IMG/VR virus record: IMGVR_UViG_3300013767_000205
Span: 1-44,687 of that record
Direction: 5' to 3' (one strand)
DNA length: 44,687 nt
DNA from: a virus
Taxonomy: Duplodnaviria; Caudoviricetes
The notes under the pieces: model-generated
Databases searched by the model: none
Told to the model about the DNA's origin: nothing
Seen by the model: the letters and a program-made list of their open reading frames with translations, nothing else
Shown here: one piece after another, positions 34,740-43,863 of the stretch
How positions within the stretch are numbered: the stretch's first letter is position 1
How the letters are laid out: each line of letters opens with the position of its first letter
Position numbers and translations under genes: made by a program

Positions 34740-35882
34740 ATGGCTTACATCACCGGCGCGTCGGCAGACATTAACACGCTGCTGACCGCCATCAAGAATT
34801 TCGCGGTCGCCAACGGCTGGACGGCGAACGCCACCGACACCTTCACGCTGACGTTTCCGAGCTATGGGTCGAACGGCGGCGCCACGCACGCCGGCACGAC
34901 CTCAATGATCTCCTCGGTGAGCAGCTCCGATGCGTACAGGAACCAGTCGGAAACGAGCCTCGTCGCGAACCGGGTCGTGCTGACCAAAAACGGCGTGTCC
35001 TACCAGCTGTTCGCAGTCAACAAGAAGCTCGTCAAGAACGGCGTCAGTGGCACCTACGCCTGCCTGGAAGCCTGGGCGTGCGACGGCTTCGCTGCCGGCA
35101 CGGCCGCCAACCTGCAGACCAACAACCGCAAGTTCGTGATGGTCGGCCCCCTGGCCACCTCGCTCTATGCCTACCACCTGTTCGCGAACGGCGACTTTGT
35201 GCACGTGGTGATCGAGGAAACGCCGGGCCGGTTCCGCCACCTGTCCTTCGGCTTCATCAACAAATACGGCGCCTATTCCGGGGGACAGTACCTGAGCGCA
35301 GGCTGTCCCGTCGAGTCATCCACGACCACACCCTACGCCTTCAACACTGGAAATCACATGGTCCCGTTTGGATCGAACGCCCAAGGGACCTCTCGCTCGG
35401 CGCTCGCGTCGAACGGCTACCCCGGCACTTACGTTCGGGCCGACATCGATGGCTGGACGGTCGGCTGGCGCCTGCTGTCGATCGGCTACTGGGACACGGC
35501 CAACCTGGACGTGATGGGGTGCGGGACCTATGGAAACACCGTGAACGGCCGGGCTGGCTACGTCTCGTACAGCACGCAAGTGTCGATGCATACCTTGGCG
35601 CACGACCTGGCCTACCACTGCTCGCCACAGAGCTACAACGGCCTGGCACCGATGCTGCCGTGCTATGTGGGTGTCAATCGCACCCCCTACGTCGGTACCT
35701 GGACGCTGCTCGGCGAGTTTCCCGACGTGCGCTTCCTGAACATCGCGAACTTCAACCCGGGCGACGAGCTGACCCTCGGCACCGACGTGTGGAAGATCTT
35801 CCCGCTGTGGAACAAGGCCTACACGCTCGGGGCGGAGCCGATCAGCTACGACTACGGCCTGGCCTACCGCAAGGTGGTGTGA
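34740..35882 (+). CDS. Virion structural (tail) protein
   Basis: Ser/Thr/Gly/Asn-rich 380 aa. MAYITG..FRHLSFG..PGDELTLGTDVWKIFP..YGLAYRKV. Confidence 0.8.
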   Translation: MAYITGASADINTLLTAIKNFAVANGWTANATDTFTLTFPSYGSNGGATHAGTTSMISSVSSSDAYRNQSETSLVANRVVLTKNGVSYQLFAVNKKLVKNGVSGTYACLEAWACDGFAAGTAANLQTNNRKFVMVGPLATSLYAYHLFANGDFVHVVIEETPGRFRHLSFGFINKYGAYSGGQYLSAGCPVESSTTTPYAFNTGNHMVPFGSNAQGTSRSALASNGYPGTYVRADIDGWTVGWRLLSIGYWDTANLDVMGCGTYGNTVNGRAGYVSYSTQVSMHTLAHDLAYHCSPQSYNGLAPMLPCYVGVNRTPYVGTWTLLGEFPDVRFLNIANFNPGDELTLGTDVWKIFPLWNKAYTLGAEPISYDYGLAYRKVV

Positions 35883-37565
35883 ATGCCTGATTTCTCCGGC
35901 GCTTTCACCTCGGCCATTCTGGGCGGTGCGGCGGCCGCAGGAATGAACGACCTGTGGGATCTCGGCCGCCCGGACTACTACGCGCCGGCTACCGCCGTCG
36001 CCGCCATCGTCGGCGCGGTGGGCGTCATCGCCAGCGGTCAACCTTCGCCCGAAGCCCTGATCGCTCGGACTGGCGAGCACTGCGGTTCGTTCTCGGACGA
36101 CTACTACCACCGCATCTACCTCCAGCCTTCCCGGATCGAGTTCGGCAACCTCGTGATCCCCACGACCCGCAGCGTCGAGATCTGGAACGCGTTCCTGGAC
36201 CCGGTCACGATTTTCCAGCTCGATGGCGACACCGAAGGTCTGTCCCTGGGCTTCTTTCCTCCTGCGAGGATGCGGGCGTTGGAGGACATCTTCTACGAGG
36301 TCACCGCGACGCTCGACGGCCCGAGCTTCGTCGACACGCTGCTGACGCTGCATTTTTCGAGTGGCGGCACACGGAATCTGGCGATCAGCTATGGCCGGGT
36401 GCTGGTAATGGGTCTGTTGCACGACTGGCAAGGCGGTTTCACCGAGCGGCTGGAGTGGCTCACCGACGTGCTGACGATGCGCGACGGTGGTGAGCAGCGG
36501 GTGCGGCTGCGGGCCGATCCCCGGCGCTCGTTCGAGTTCGATGTGCTGGAGTACGGCAATGGGGGCCAGCTCGATCTCTTGATGAACGTCTGGCAGTCGC
36601 GCGTCTATGCGGTACCAGTGTGGACGGACAAGGCGCGGCTCGCAGCCGCGATCTATCCTGGCGACAGCGTGCTGGCCGTGAGCACGACGGATCTGGACTA
36701 CCACGCCGAGGGACTCGCCATCGTTGGCTCAAGCGCCGGTGCTACCGAGGCCCTGGAGATCCTGTCCCTGACCGCCGACACGATCACGCTCAAGCGCCCG
36801 GCGCTCGGGGACTGGCCCGCAGGTGCCTGGGTCGCGCCGGCCCGGCTGGGGCGTCTGCATGCTCAGCAGACGGTCAGTCGGCCGACCGCCGCAATTGCCC
36901 AGGCGAAGCTGCGCTTCGAGCTGGAGGATCTGGCCTCGACGGTGACGGCGACGGGCTCGCCCATCCAGAACCGAGGCTACGACACGCTGCTGCGGCACCC
37001 GAATCGGGTCGAGGACGTCAGCGTCGACTATCAGCGGCTCGTCGACGTGTTCGACCACGAGACCGGCACGCCGGCGGTGATCGACATTCCCAATCGCGCC
37101 TTCATCGTGCGCCGCTACCAGTTTCTGCTGCCGAATCGCGCAGACTTGACTGCAATGCGGGGCTGGCTCGCGGGCCGCGCCGGGCGGCAAGTGCCATTCT
37201 GGGTGCCGACCTGGGAGCGGGGCCTCGAGGTAGCGCAGCCCCTCAATCTGGATGCCACCGAGATCCTGGTCCAGGCCCGAGGTTTTTCGACGTACTACCA
37301 GGCGATGCCCGGCCGTCAGGACGTCGCCTTCCTGCACAACGACGGCACCTGGTACCTGCGCAGGATCACCGCGTTCGAGTTCGTGGACGGGGTGGTGGAA
37401 CGGATGCGGATCGACGCCGCGCTTGGTGTGGCCTGTGCGCCGTCCGATTTCCAGATCGTCTGCTTCCTGGAGCTGGCGCGCCTGGAGAGCGATGCCGTGG
37501 AGATCTTTTTCGAGACGGACCGCGTGGCGCGGGTAAGTCTGCCCATTCGGAGCATCGACGGATGA
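35883..37565 (+). CDS. Virion structural (tail tip) protein
   Basis: DDYYHRIYLQP, ERLEWLTDVL..EQRVRLRADPRR and GRQVPFWVPTW. Confidence 0.8.
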   Translation: MPDFSGAFTSAILGGAAAAGMNDLWDLGRPDYYAPATAVAAIVGAVGVIASGQPSPEALIARTGEHCGSFSDDYYHRIYLQPSRIEFGNLVIPTTRSVEIWNAFLDPVTIFQLDGDTEGLSLGFFPPARMRALEDIFYEVTATLDGPSFVDTLLTLHFSSGGTRNLAISYGRVLVMGLLHDWQGGFTERLEWLTDVLTMRDGGEQRVRLRADPRRSFEFDVLEYGNGGQLDLLMNVWQSRVYAVPVWTDKARLAAAIYPGDSVLAVSTTDLDYHAEGLAIVGSSAGATEALEILSLTADTITLKRPALGDWPAGAWVAPARLGRLHAQQTVSRPTAAIAQAKLRFELEDLASTVTATGSPIQNRGYDTLLRHPNRVEDVSVDYQRLVDVFDHETGTPAVIDIPNRAFIVRRYQFLLPNRADLTAMRGWLAGRAGRQVPFWVPTWERGLEVAQPLNLDATEILVQARGFSTYYQAMPGRQDVAFLHNDGTWYLRRITAFEFVDGVVERMRIDAALGVACAPSDFQIVCFLELARLESDAVEIFFETDRVARVSLPIRSIDG

Positions 37566-38365
37566 CCTATCAGAGCCAAGAGAGCAGCACGCACGCCGGC
37601 CAGCCGGTCGAGTTATACCGATTCGCGCTCGGGACCACGGTCTGGCGCTACACGTCGGCGCGAGATCCCGTGACCTACAACGCCGAGAAGTACATCCCGG
37701 CGCCGATCCGGCGCTCGGAAATTGAGCAGACGCAGGAATTCGGTCGCGCGATGCTGAACCTGGAGGCGGCGCTGGACATCGGCGTCGTGCAGTCCTTCAT
37801 CGTGACGCCGCCCGATGGAGTGCTGTCGCTCACCATCTTCCGCCGGCACCTGACCGACCCGGGCGCCGAGTTCATCACTTGGTGGAAGGGGCGCGTCGTG
37901 TCGGTAGTTTTCGGTGGGGTGACGGTGCAGATGCGTTGCGAACCGATCTTCACGACGCTCAAGCGCTCGGGACGGCGGGCGAACTACCAGATCAACTGCC
38001 GCCACCCGCTGTACCACGGCGGCTGCAAGGTCAACGCGGCCGACTACAAGACGGCCGGCATCGTCGAGAGCGTGGCGGGGCTGGAGGTGACCGCCTCGGT
38101 CTTCCTGCCCAAGCCGATTGCCTGGTTCGTCGGCGGCCGGTTGATGGCCGCCGGGGCGCAACGGATGATCGTCGCCAGTTCCGGCGGCGCGGTGACCCTT
38201 TCGGCGCCAATTCCGGGGCTGAAGGCCGGCGATGCGTTCGAGGCCTATCCGGGCTGCGACCACACGCTCGCGACCTGCTCTGCCAAATTCGGCAACCAGC
38301 TGAACTACGGCGGCTTCCCCTACATCCCGGTGAAAAATCCCTTCACCGGGGACGCCATCGTTTGA
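37562..38365 (+). CDS. Phage BR0599/DUF2163-type baseplate hub protein
   Basis: PVELYRF, CRHPLY..GC and YPGCDHTLATCSAKFGNQLNYGGFPYIP. Confidence 0.88.
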   Translation: MTYQSQESSTHAGQPVELYRFALGTTVWRYTSARDPVTYNAEKYIPAPIRRSEIEQTQEFGRAMLNLEAALDIGVVQSFIVTPPDGVLSLTIFRRHLTDPGAEFITWWKGRVVSVVFGGVTVQMRCEPIFTTLKRSGRRANYQINCRHPLYHGGCKVNAADYKTAGIVESVAGLEVTASVFLPKPIAWFVGGRLMAAGAQRMIVASSGGAVTLSAPIPGLKAGDAFEAYPGCDHTLATCSAKFGNQLNYGGFPYIPVKNPFTGDAIV

Positions 38366-38374
38366 GGCTTTCCC

Positions 38375-38605
38375 ATGTGGCAATACCTGATCGTGTGGGT
38401 GATCACGACGGTCCTGTCGTCGCTGCTCGCCCCGAAACCCAAGACCACCACGCCGCAGCCCGGCGATGTCGATGCACCGCTCGCCGCGACCGACAGCCCG
38501 ATCCCGGTGCTGTTCGGTACGCGCACGATCAAGCAGCCGAACTGCATCTGGTTCGGCGATGTGAGGACAACGCCGATCAAGACCAAGGGGGGCGGCAAGA
38601 AATGA
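38375..38605 (+). CDS. Small tail assembly protein
   Basis: Hydrophobic N-terminus then PIPVLFGTR..NCIWFGD. Confidence 0.8.
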   Translation: MWQYLIVWVITTVLSSLLAPKPKTTTPQPGDVDAPLAATDSPIPVLFGTRTIKQPNCIWFGDVRTTPIKTKGGGKK

Positions 38606-38814
38606 GCGAACCCCGCATTGCTACCCATCTCGATGCCAAGGCGCTCGGCTACTGCAACGCCGGTCTGCGCCGATGGTTTCCGCGTGACGGCGTGACCTTT
38701 GATGATTTTCGCCAGCAGGGCGTGAGCACCGACTGGCTGCGGGCCACCGGGGATGCGATGGCGATCCGGCTGGCCGAGCACGTCGAGCAGGCCGAATCAG
38801 GGGCCAAGACATGA
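38602..38814 (+). CDS. Small tail-region protein (70 aa)
   Basis: ATGA-coupled on both sides. YCNAGLRRWF..ATGDAMA. Confidence 0.75.
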   Translation: MSEPRIATHLDAKALGYCNAGLRRWFPRDGVTFDDFRQQGVSTDWLRATGDAMAIRLAEHVEQAESGAKT

Positions 38815-41033
38815 GCGGCGGCGGCAAAGGCAGCAAGAGCGTCACGGTTGGCTACCGCTACTACGCGGGGATGCATTTGGCACTGTGCCACGGCCCGGTC
38901 GATTCGCTGAACAAAATCGTGGTCGGCGAGCGCACGGCGTGGTCGGGGGCGATGACATCCAGCGGCCAGCTCACCATCAATCAGCCCGACCTGTTCGGCG
39001 GTGACGACCGCGAGGGCGGCATCGTCGGTGCCGTCGATCTGGTGATGGGCAACGCCTCGGACGGTCAGAACGACTACCTCGCCTCCAAGCTCGGCGCCAC
39101 CGTACCGGCCTTCCGGGGAGTGGTGTCGCTGGTGTTGCGTCAGCCGCAACTGTCGGCGATGAACCCTTACATCAAGCCGTGGAGCGCCGAGCTCACGCGG
39201 ATCATCCGGCGATCCGACGGTTCGCCGCAGTGGTATTCGGACAAGGCGGCCATTGCCGGTGACATGAACCCGGCCCACATCATTTACGAGTGCCTGACCG
39301 ACCGCACCTGGGGCCGGGGCTACAGCTCGGCCGAGATCGACGACGCCTCGTTCCGCGCCGCCGCCGATACGCTCTACGCCGAGAATTTCGGCCTGTCGAT
39401 CCTGTGGGATCAGCAGCAAGACATCGAGGCTTTCATCGAGCGCATCCTGCAGCACATCGACGGCTCGATCTACGTGAGCCCGCGCACGGGGCTGTTCACG
39501 CTGAAGCTGACCCGCGACGACTACGATCCGGCGACGCTGCTGGAACTGAACCAGACCAACGTGATCCGGCTGGAGTCGTTCGAGCGCACCTTGCCCGAGG
39601 AGCTAATCAATCAGGTCACGCTGTCCTACCACGACCGCACGACCGACAAAAGCGTGTCGATCTCGGTACAGGACATCGCCGGCATCGAGCGATCCCTGGG
39701 GGAAATCAAGGACGCCAAGGTCAGCTACGAGGGCGTGGCCAACGGCGCCTTGGCCGCACGCCTTGCGATGCGGGATCTCCGGCAGTTGTCGTCCACTCTG
39801 GCGAAGATCACGCTGGTGGCCAACCGCACGGCCGCCGGCCTCAACATCGGCGACGTGTTCAGGTTCTCCTGGCCCGAGTTGCGGATCGAGCAGTTGATCC
39901 TTCGGGTCGCGCAGATCAGCTACGGGACGCTGGCCGACGGTCGGGTGCGGATCACCTGCGTCGAGGATGTGTTCGGTCTGCCTGATGCCGTTTATCTCGC
40001 GCCCGCCGAGAGCGGCTGGGTCGATCCCCGGCAAGCGCCGATCGCAGCGAACTTCGTGTCGGTGAGCGAACTGCCGTACTGGACGATTGTTCACGAGATG
40101 ACGGGCGAGTCGGCCGCCGCCCAGGCCGAGATCGATCCGAACGGCGGGTTCCTGTCCGTCTCGGCGGTGCGCCCCTCGGGAGCGGCGATCAACTACGCAG
40201 TGCTGACCCGACAGGGCTCGGCAGCCTTTGAGAAGATCGGCGTCGGCGACTTCATCCCGTCCTGTGTGCTGGCGAACGACATCGGGCAAACTGAGGCGGT
40301 CCTGAACGTGCTCTACGGCGTCGATCTCGATCTGGTGGCGCTCGACACCTATGCACAGCTCGATGGCGAGCTGGTCGCGGTGAAGGCAGTGAATGTCGCC
40401 GCCGGTACCGTGACGGTGGATCGCGGCGTACTGGACACCGTTCCCGCCAGGCATTCGGCCGGCGCCCGGCTGTACTTCGTCGAAGGTGGACAGTTCTACA
40501 ACACGACCCAGTACCTGAGCGGCGAGACGGTGCAAACCAAGGTGCTGCCAGCTACCGGGATGGGCGTTCTGGCCGAGGCGTCGGCACCGGCGATCAACTA
40601 CACCTTCGCCAAACGGCAGATCCGGCCCTATCCGCCCGGCAAGTTCCGCGTCAACAACCTCGACTACAGCCTCAGCTACATCAGCGGGGAGGTGACGGTC
40701 AGCTGGACGCACCGAAGCCGGGTGCTGCAGACCGCCTATCTGGTGACACAAGGTGAAGCGAATATCGGTCCGGAGACGGGTACGACCTACACCGTGCAGA
40801 TCTACGGCGAGGCCGGCACGCTCAAGCACACCGAAACGGGACTGACGGGCACAAGTTGGACCTATCCGATGGCCACTGAGATTTCCGACAGCGGCCTGAA
40901 TCGTCCGAACGAGAAACTGACCGTCAAGGTTGAGGCAGTACGCGAGGGCTACACCAGCTGGCAGGCCCAGCAGATCGACATCCCTGAGTGCCGGGGCTAC
41001 GGCATGTTCTACGGCGCAACCTACGGAGAATGA
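38811..41033 (+). CDS. Central tail tip protein (740 aa)
   Basis: MSGGGK..VGYRYYAGMHLALCHGPVD, DMNPAHIIYECLT, RPYPPG and WTHRSR. Confidence 0.88.
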   Translation: MSGGGKGSKSVTVGYRYYAGMHLALCHGPVDSLNKIVVGERTAWSGAMTSSGQLTINQPDLFGGDDREGGIVGAVDLVMGNASDGQNDYLASKLGATVPAFRGVVSLVLRQPQLSAMNPYIKPWSAELTRIIRRSDGSPQWYSDKAAIAGDMNPAHIIYECLTDRTWGRGYSSAEIDDASFRAAADTLYAENFGLSILWDQQQDIEAFIERILQHIDGSIYVSPRTGLFTLKLTRDDYDPATLLELNQTNVIRLESFERTLPEELINQVTLSYHDRTTDKSVSISVQDIAGIERSLGEIKDAKVSYEGVANGALAARLAMRDLRQLSSTLAKITLVANRTAAGLNIGDVFRFSWPELRIEQLILRVAQISYGTLADGRVRITCVEDVFGLPDAVYLAPAESGWVDPRQAPIAANFVSVSELPYWTIVHEMTGESAAAQAEIDPNGGFLSVSAVRPSGAAINYAVLTRQGSAAFEKIGVGDFIPSCVLANDIGQTEAVLNVLYGVDLDLVALDTYAQLDGELVAVKAVNVAAGTVTVDRGVLDTVPARHSAGARLYFVEGGQFYNTTQYLSGETVQTKVLPATGMGVLAEASAPAINYTFAKRQIRPYPPGKFRVNNLDYSLSYISGEVTVSWTHRSRVLQTAYLVTQGEANIGPETGTTYTVQIYGEAGTLKHTETGLTGTSWTYPMATEISDSGLNRPNEKLTVKVEAVREGYTSWQAQQIDIPECRGYGMFYGATYGE

Positions 41034-41034
41034 C

Positions 41035-41388
41035 ATGGCTGCAATGCAAGGCCCCAACCTGGGCGTGAACTACGGCTGGACCGCTCGCGAGTCGGGGTGG
41101 AATACCGGGATGGATGCCAACCTGAAGCTGCTCGATGCGGTGCTGCAGTTGTCGGCGAAGTCGCGCACTTTGGCAGCACCGCCGACCACGCCGGCGAACG
41201 GCGACCGCTACATCGTCGCGGCCAGCCCCACCGGCGCGTGGGCCGGAAAGGCCGGGCAGATTGCCGCGCGCGTCGAAGGAGCGTGGTCGTTCTACACCCC
41301 GGAGATCGGCTGGATCTGCTTCATTGAGGACGAGGGCGTGCTCTCGGCCTACAAGGCCACAGGCTGGAGCCCAGGCCTCGCCATCTGA
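41035..41388 (+). CDS. DUF2793-like tail-associated protein
   Basis: APPTTPANGDRYIVAASPTGAWAGKAGQIA..GAWSFYTP..GW. Confidence 0.82.
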   Translation: MAAMQGPNLGVNYGWTARESGWNTGMDANLKLLDAVLQLSAKSRTLAAPPTTPANGDRYIVAASPTGAWAGKAGQIAARVEGAWSFYTPEIGWICFIEDEGVLSAYKATGWSPGLAI

Positions 41389-41404
41389 TCACTATCGCCC
41401 CCCT

Positions 41405-41436
41405 GAAACCCGCCCTCGAGGCGGGTTTCGCATTTC
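41405..41436 (+). terminator. Terminator-like hairpin between tail and lysis genes
   Basis: GAAACCCGCC-ctcga-GGCGGGTTTC 10-bp stem, then GCATTTC. Confidence 0.6.
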
Positions 41437-41448
41437 TGGAGACTACCC

Positions 41449-41748
41449 ATGACCGATTCCGAAAAGCCCGCGCTCGTCGAGAACATGCTCCTGCTGCGCA
41501 AGGAAGATTTCGACGAGCTGCTCGCCCACGCAGCCGAACGCGGTGCCGAGCGCGTGCTGTCCCATCTCGGTCTGGAAAACGGCCACGCTGCGCAGGACAT
41601 CCGCGAACTGCGCGATTTGCTCGATGCGTGGCGCGATGCCCGCCGCACGGCATGGCAGACGACCGTCAAGGTCATCACCACCGGCATCCTGGCCGCGCTT
41701 CTGGTTGGCGCGGCCATCAAGCTCAAGCTGATGGGAGGCTCGCAATGA
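41449..41748 (+). CDS. DUF6127-like membrane protein, holin candidate
   Basis: AAERGAERVL..DIRELRDLLDAWRDARRTAWQT with one C-terminal hydrophobic helix. Confidence 0.75.
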   Translation: MTDSEKPALVENMLLLRKEDFDELLAHAAERGAERVLSHLGLENGHAAQDIRELRDLLDAWRDARRTAWQTTVKVITTGILAALLVGAAIKLKLMGGSQ

Positions 41749-42221
41749 TCGAGACCTTGCTCGGTGGCCTCCTCGGCGGGGCCTTCCGTCTCGCGCCCGA
41801 AATCCTCAAATGGCTCGACCGCAAGGACGAGCGCGGCCACGAGCTGGCGATGCAGGACAAGGCGCTGGAATTCGAGAAGCTGCGCGGCGCGCAGCGGATG
41901 GCCGAGATCGGCGCGAGTGCGGATGCAGCCTGGAATACCGGAGCCATCGAGGCGCTGAAGGAAGCGGTCGGCGCACAGGGGCGGATGTCGGGCCTGCGCT
42001 GGGTCGATGCGCTGTCGTGCAGCGTGCGCCCGGTCATCACCTACTGGTTCATGGCGCTCTACTGCGCGGCCAAGTCCGCCGCCTTCGTCGGCGCGGTGGA
42101 CGCGGATGTCGAATGGAGCGCCGCAATTCAGGCCGCGTGGACGGACGCCGATCAGGCGCTGTGGGCCGGAGTGCTGAACTTCTGGTTCCTCGGTCGCGTG
42201 TTCGAGCGGGTGAAGTCGTGA
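41745..42221 (+). CDS. Lysis-region membrane protein (holin-like)
   Basis: Hydrophobic N-terminus, SVRPVITYW, and C-terminal LNFWFLGRVFE. Adjacent to the lysozyme gene. Confidence 0.7.
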   Translation: MIETLLGGLLGGAFRLAPEILKWLDRKDERGHELAMQDKALEFEKLRGAQRMAEIGASADAAWNTGAIEALKEAVGAQGRMSGLRWVDALSCSVRPVITYWFMALYCAAKSAAFVGAVDADVEWSAAIQAAWTDADQALWAGVLNFWFLGRVFERVKS

Positions 42222-42694
42222 GCGGCGTCGAGATGCCACAGGCGGCCATCACGCTCGCCAAGCGGTTCGAGGGCTTCCACCGCGTGCCGAAGAACGATCC
42301 CGGCCGGGCGCATCCCTACATCTGCCCGGCCGGGTTCTGGACGATTGGCTACGGGCACCTGTGCGACAAGCAGCACCCGCCGATCACCGAGGACGAAGCG
42401 GGAGCCTATCTCGCCCGCGACCTGAGCACGGCGCTGGCCGCCACGCTGCGCTACTGCCCGGTGCTGGCCACCGAACCCGAAGGACGTCTGGCGGCCATCG
42501 TGGACTTCACATTCAACCTCGGCGGCGGGCGCTTGCAGACCTCGACGCTACGGCGGCGGGTTAACCAGCGGGACTGGGCCGCTGCCGCGATGGAGCTGCG
42601 GCGCTGGGTGTACGGTGGCGGGCGCATGTTGCCGGGCCTCGTAGCCCGACGTGAAGCCGAAGTGCCCCTGATCCTGCGATCCACGGCTAGCTGA
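42218..42694 (+). CDS. Endolysin, GH24 phage lysozyme
   Basis: FEG...YICPAGFWTIGYGH, DFTFNLG, STLRRRVN and RWVYGGGRMLPGLVARREAE. GTG start; alternative ATG at 42233. Confidence 0.92.
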   Translation: MSGVEMPQAAITLAKRFEGFHRVPKNDPGRAHPYICPAGFWTIGYGHLCDKQHPPITEDEAGAYLARDLSTALAATLRYCPVLATEPEGRLAAIVDFTFNLGGGRLQTSTLRRRVNQRDWAAAAMELRRWVYGGGRMLPGLVARREAEVPLILRSTAS

Positions 42695-42767
42695 TCGAGC
42701 CAAACTAGGCGCAAGGAGCATATTCAGTATAAAATAGGCGTTACATGCATTTTATGATGACAAGATC

Positions 42768-43103
42768 GTGACCTTCGAGAGCGTTGAAGAACTCATCCGG
42801 GCGGCGCGCAATGGGCGCAGCCAGAAGGAATTCGCCGACCTGCTGGAGGTCGATCAGTCGATGGTGAGCAAGTACGAACGGGGTAAGGCCAGCCCGCCGA
42901 TCAGCGTCATCAACCGCTGTATGCGTCTGGTGCATACAGCGGAAGGCGAGACGGCCCCGTCGGCGGAACAGCTCGCCGAACGGGTGCGCGTGACCTTGGC
43001 AGACCCGGACTTGGGACAGGTGCGCTCGGCGCTATCCCGCTTGGTAGACGCCTTCGCGTCCGAACATGCGCAGACCCGCACGACGGGCGCTGCGCCGCAA
43101 TGA
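42768..43103 (+). CDS. XRE-family HTH regulator
   Basis: LIRAARNGRSQKEFADLLEVDQSMVSKYERGKASP. Confidence 0.88.
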   Translation: MTFESVEELIRAARNGRSQKEFADLLEVDQSMVSKYERGKASPPISVINRCMRLVHTAEGETAPSAEQLAERVRVTLADPDLGQVRSALSRLVDAFASEHAQTRTTGAAPQ

Positions 43104-43116
43104 CATAGGAGGCCGT

Positions 43117-43863
43117 ATGGCGACACAATCGACCATCGAATGGACGGAGCAGACCTGGAATCCGACCACCGGCTGCACCAAAGTCTCGCCGGGGTGCAAG
43201 CACTGTTACGCCGAAGTGATGGCGCGACGGCTGCACGCGATGGGCGCGCCCGGCTACGAAAACGAGTTCAAGCTCACCGTACATGAGAACCGGCTGGAGC
43301 AACCGTTGTTGCGCAAGAAGCCGACCACGTACTTCGTGAACAGCATGAGCGACCTGTTCCACGAGGCCGTGCCGGACAAGTTCCTCGACCGCGTGTTCTC
43401 GATCATCGAGGCCACGCCGCAGCACACCTACCAAATCCTCACCAAGCGCGCAGAGCGCCTGCCGGAGTATTTCGCGCGGCGGGCCTGCCCGCAGAACGTG
43501 TGGCTGGGCGTGTCGGTGGAGGACAAGAAGTACGGCGTGCCGCGCATCGACCATCTGCGCAAGGTGGATGCGCACATCCGCTTCCTCTCGGTCGAGCCGT
43601 TACTGGAGGACTTGGGCCGCATCAACCTGCGCGACATCCACTGGGTAATCGTCGGCGGCGAATCAGGTCATAAGGCCCGACCGATGCGCGAGGAGTGGGT
43701 GGCGAACGTGCAAGTGCAGGCCGAAGCCGCTGGCGCGGCATTCTTCTTCAAACAGTGGGGCGGCTGGGGTGCGGATGGCGTCAAGCGCCACAAGAAGGCG
43801 AACGGGCGCATCTTCCGTGGCCGCACATGGGACGACTACCCGGAAGCGGTGGCACAACCCTAG
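43117..43863 (+). CDS. DUF5131 / phage Gp37-Gp68 family three-Cys-motif (radical-SAM-like) protein
   Basis: IEWT..TWNPTTGCTKVSPGCKHCYA (Cx6Cx2C), FVNSMSDLFH, QILTKR, FLSVEPLL, WVIVGGESG and FFFKQWGG. Confidence 0.92.
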   Translation: MATQSTIEWTEQTWNPTTGCTKVSPGCKHCYAEVMARRLHAMGAPGYENEFKLTVHENRLEQPLLRKKPTTYFVNSMSDLFHEAVPDKFLDRVFSIIEATPQHTYQILTKRAERLPEYFARRACPQNVWLGVSVEDKKYGVPRIDHLRKVDAHIRFLSVEPLLEDLGRINLRDIHWVIVGGESGHKARPMREEWVANVQVQAEAAGAAFFFKQWGGWGADGVKRHKKANGRIFRGRTWDDYPEAVAQP

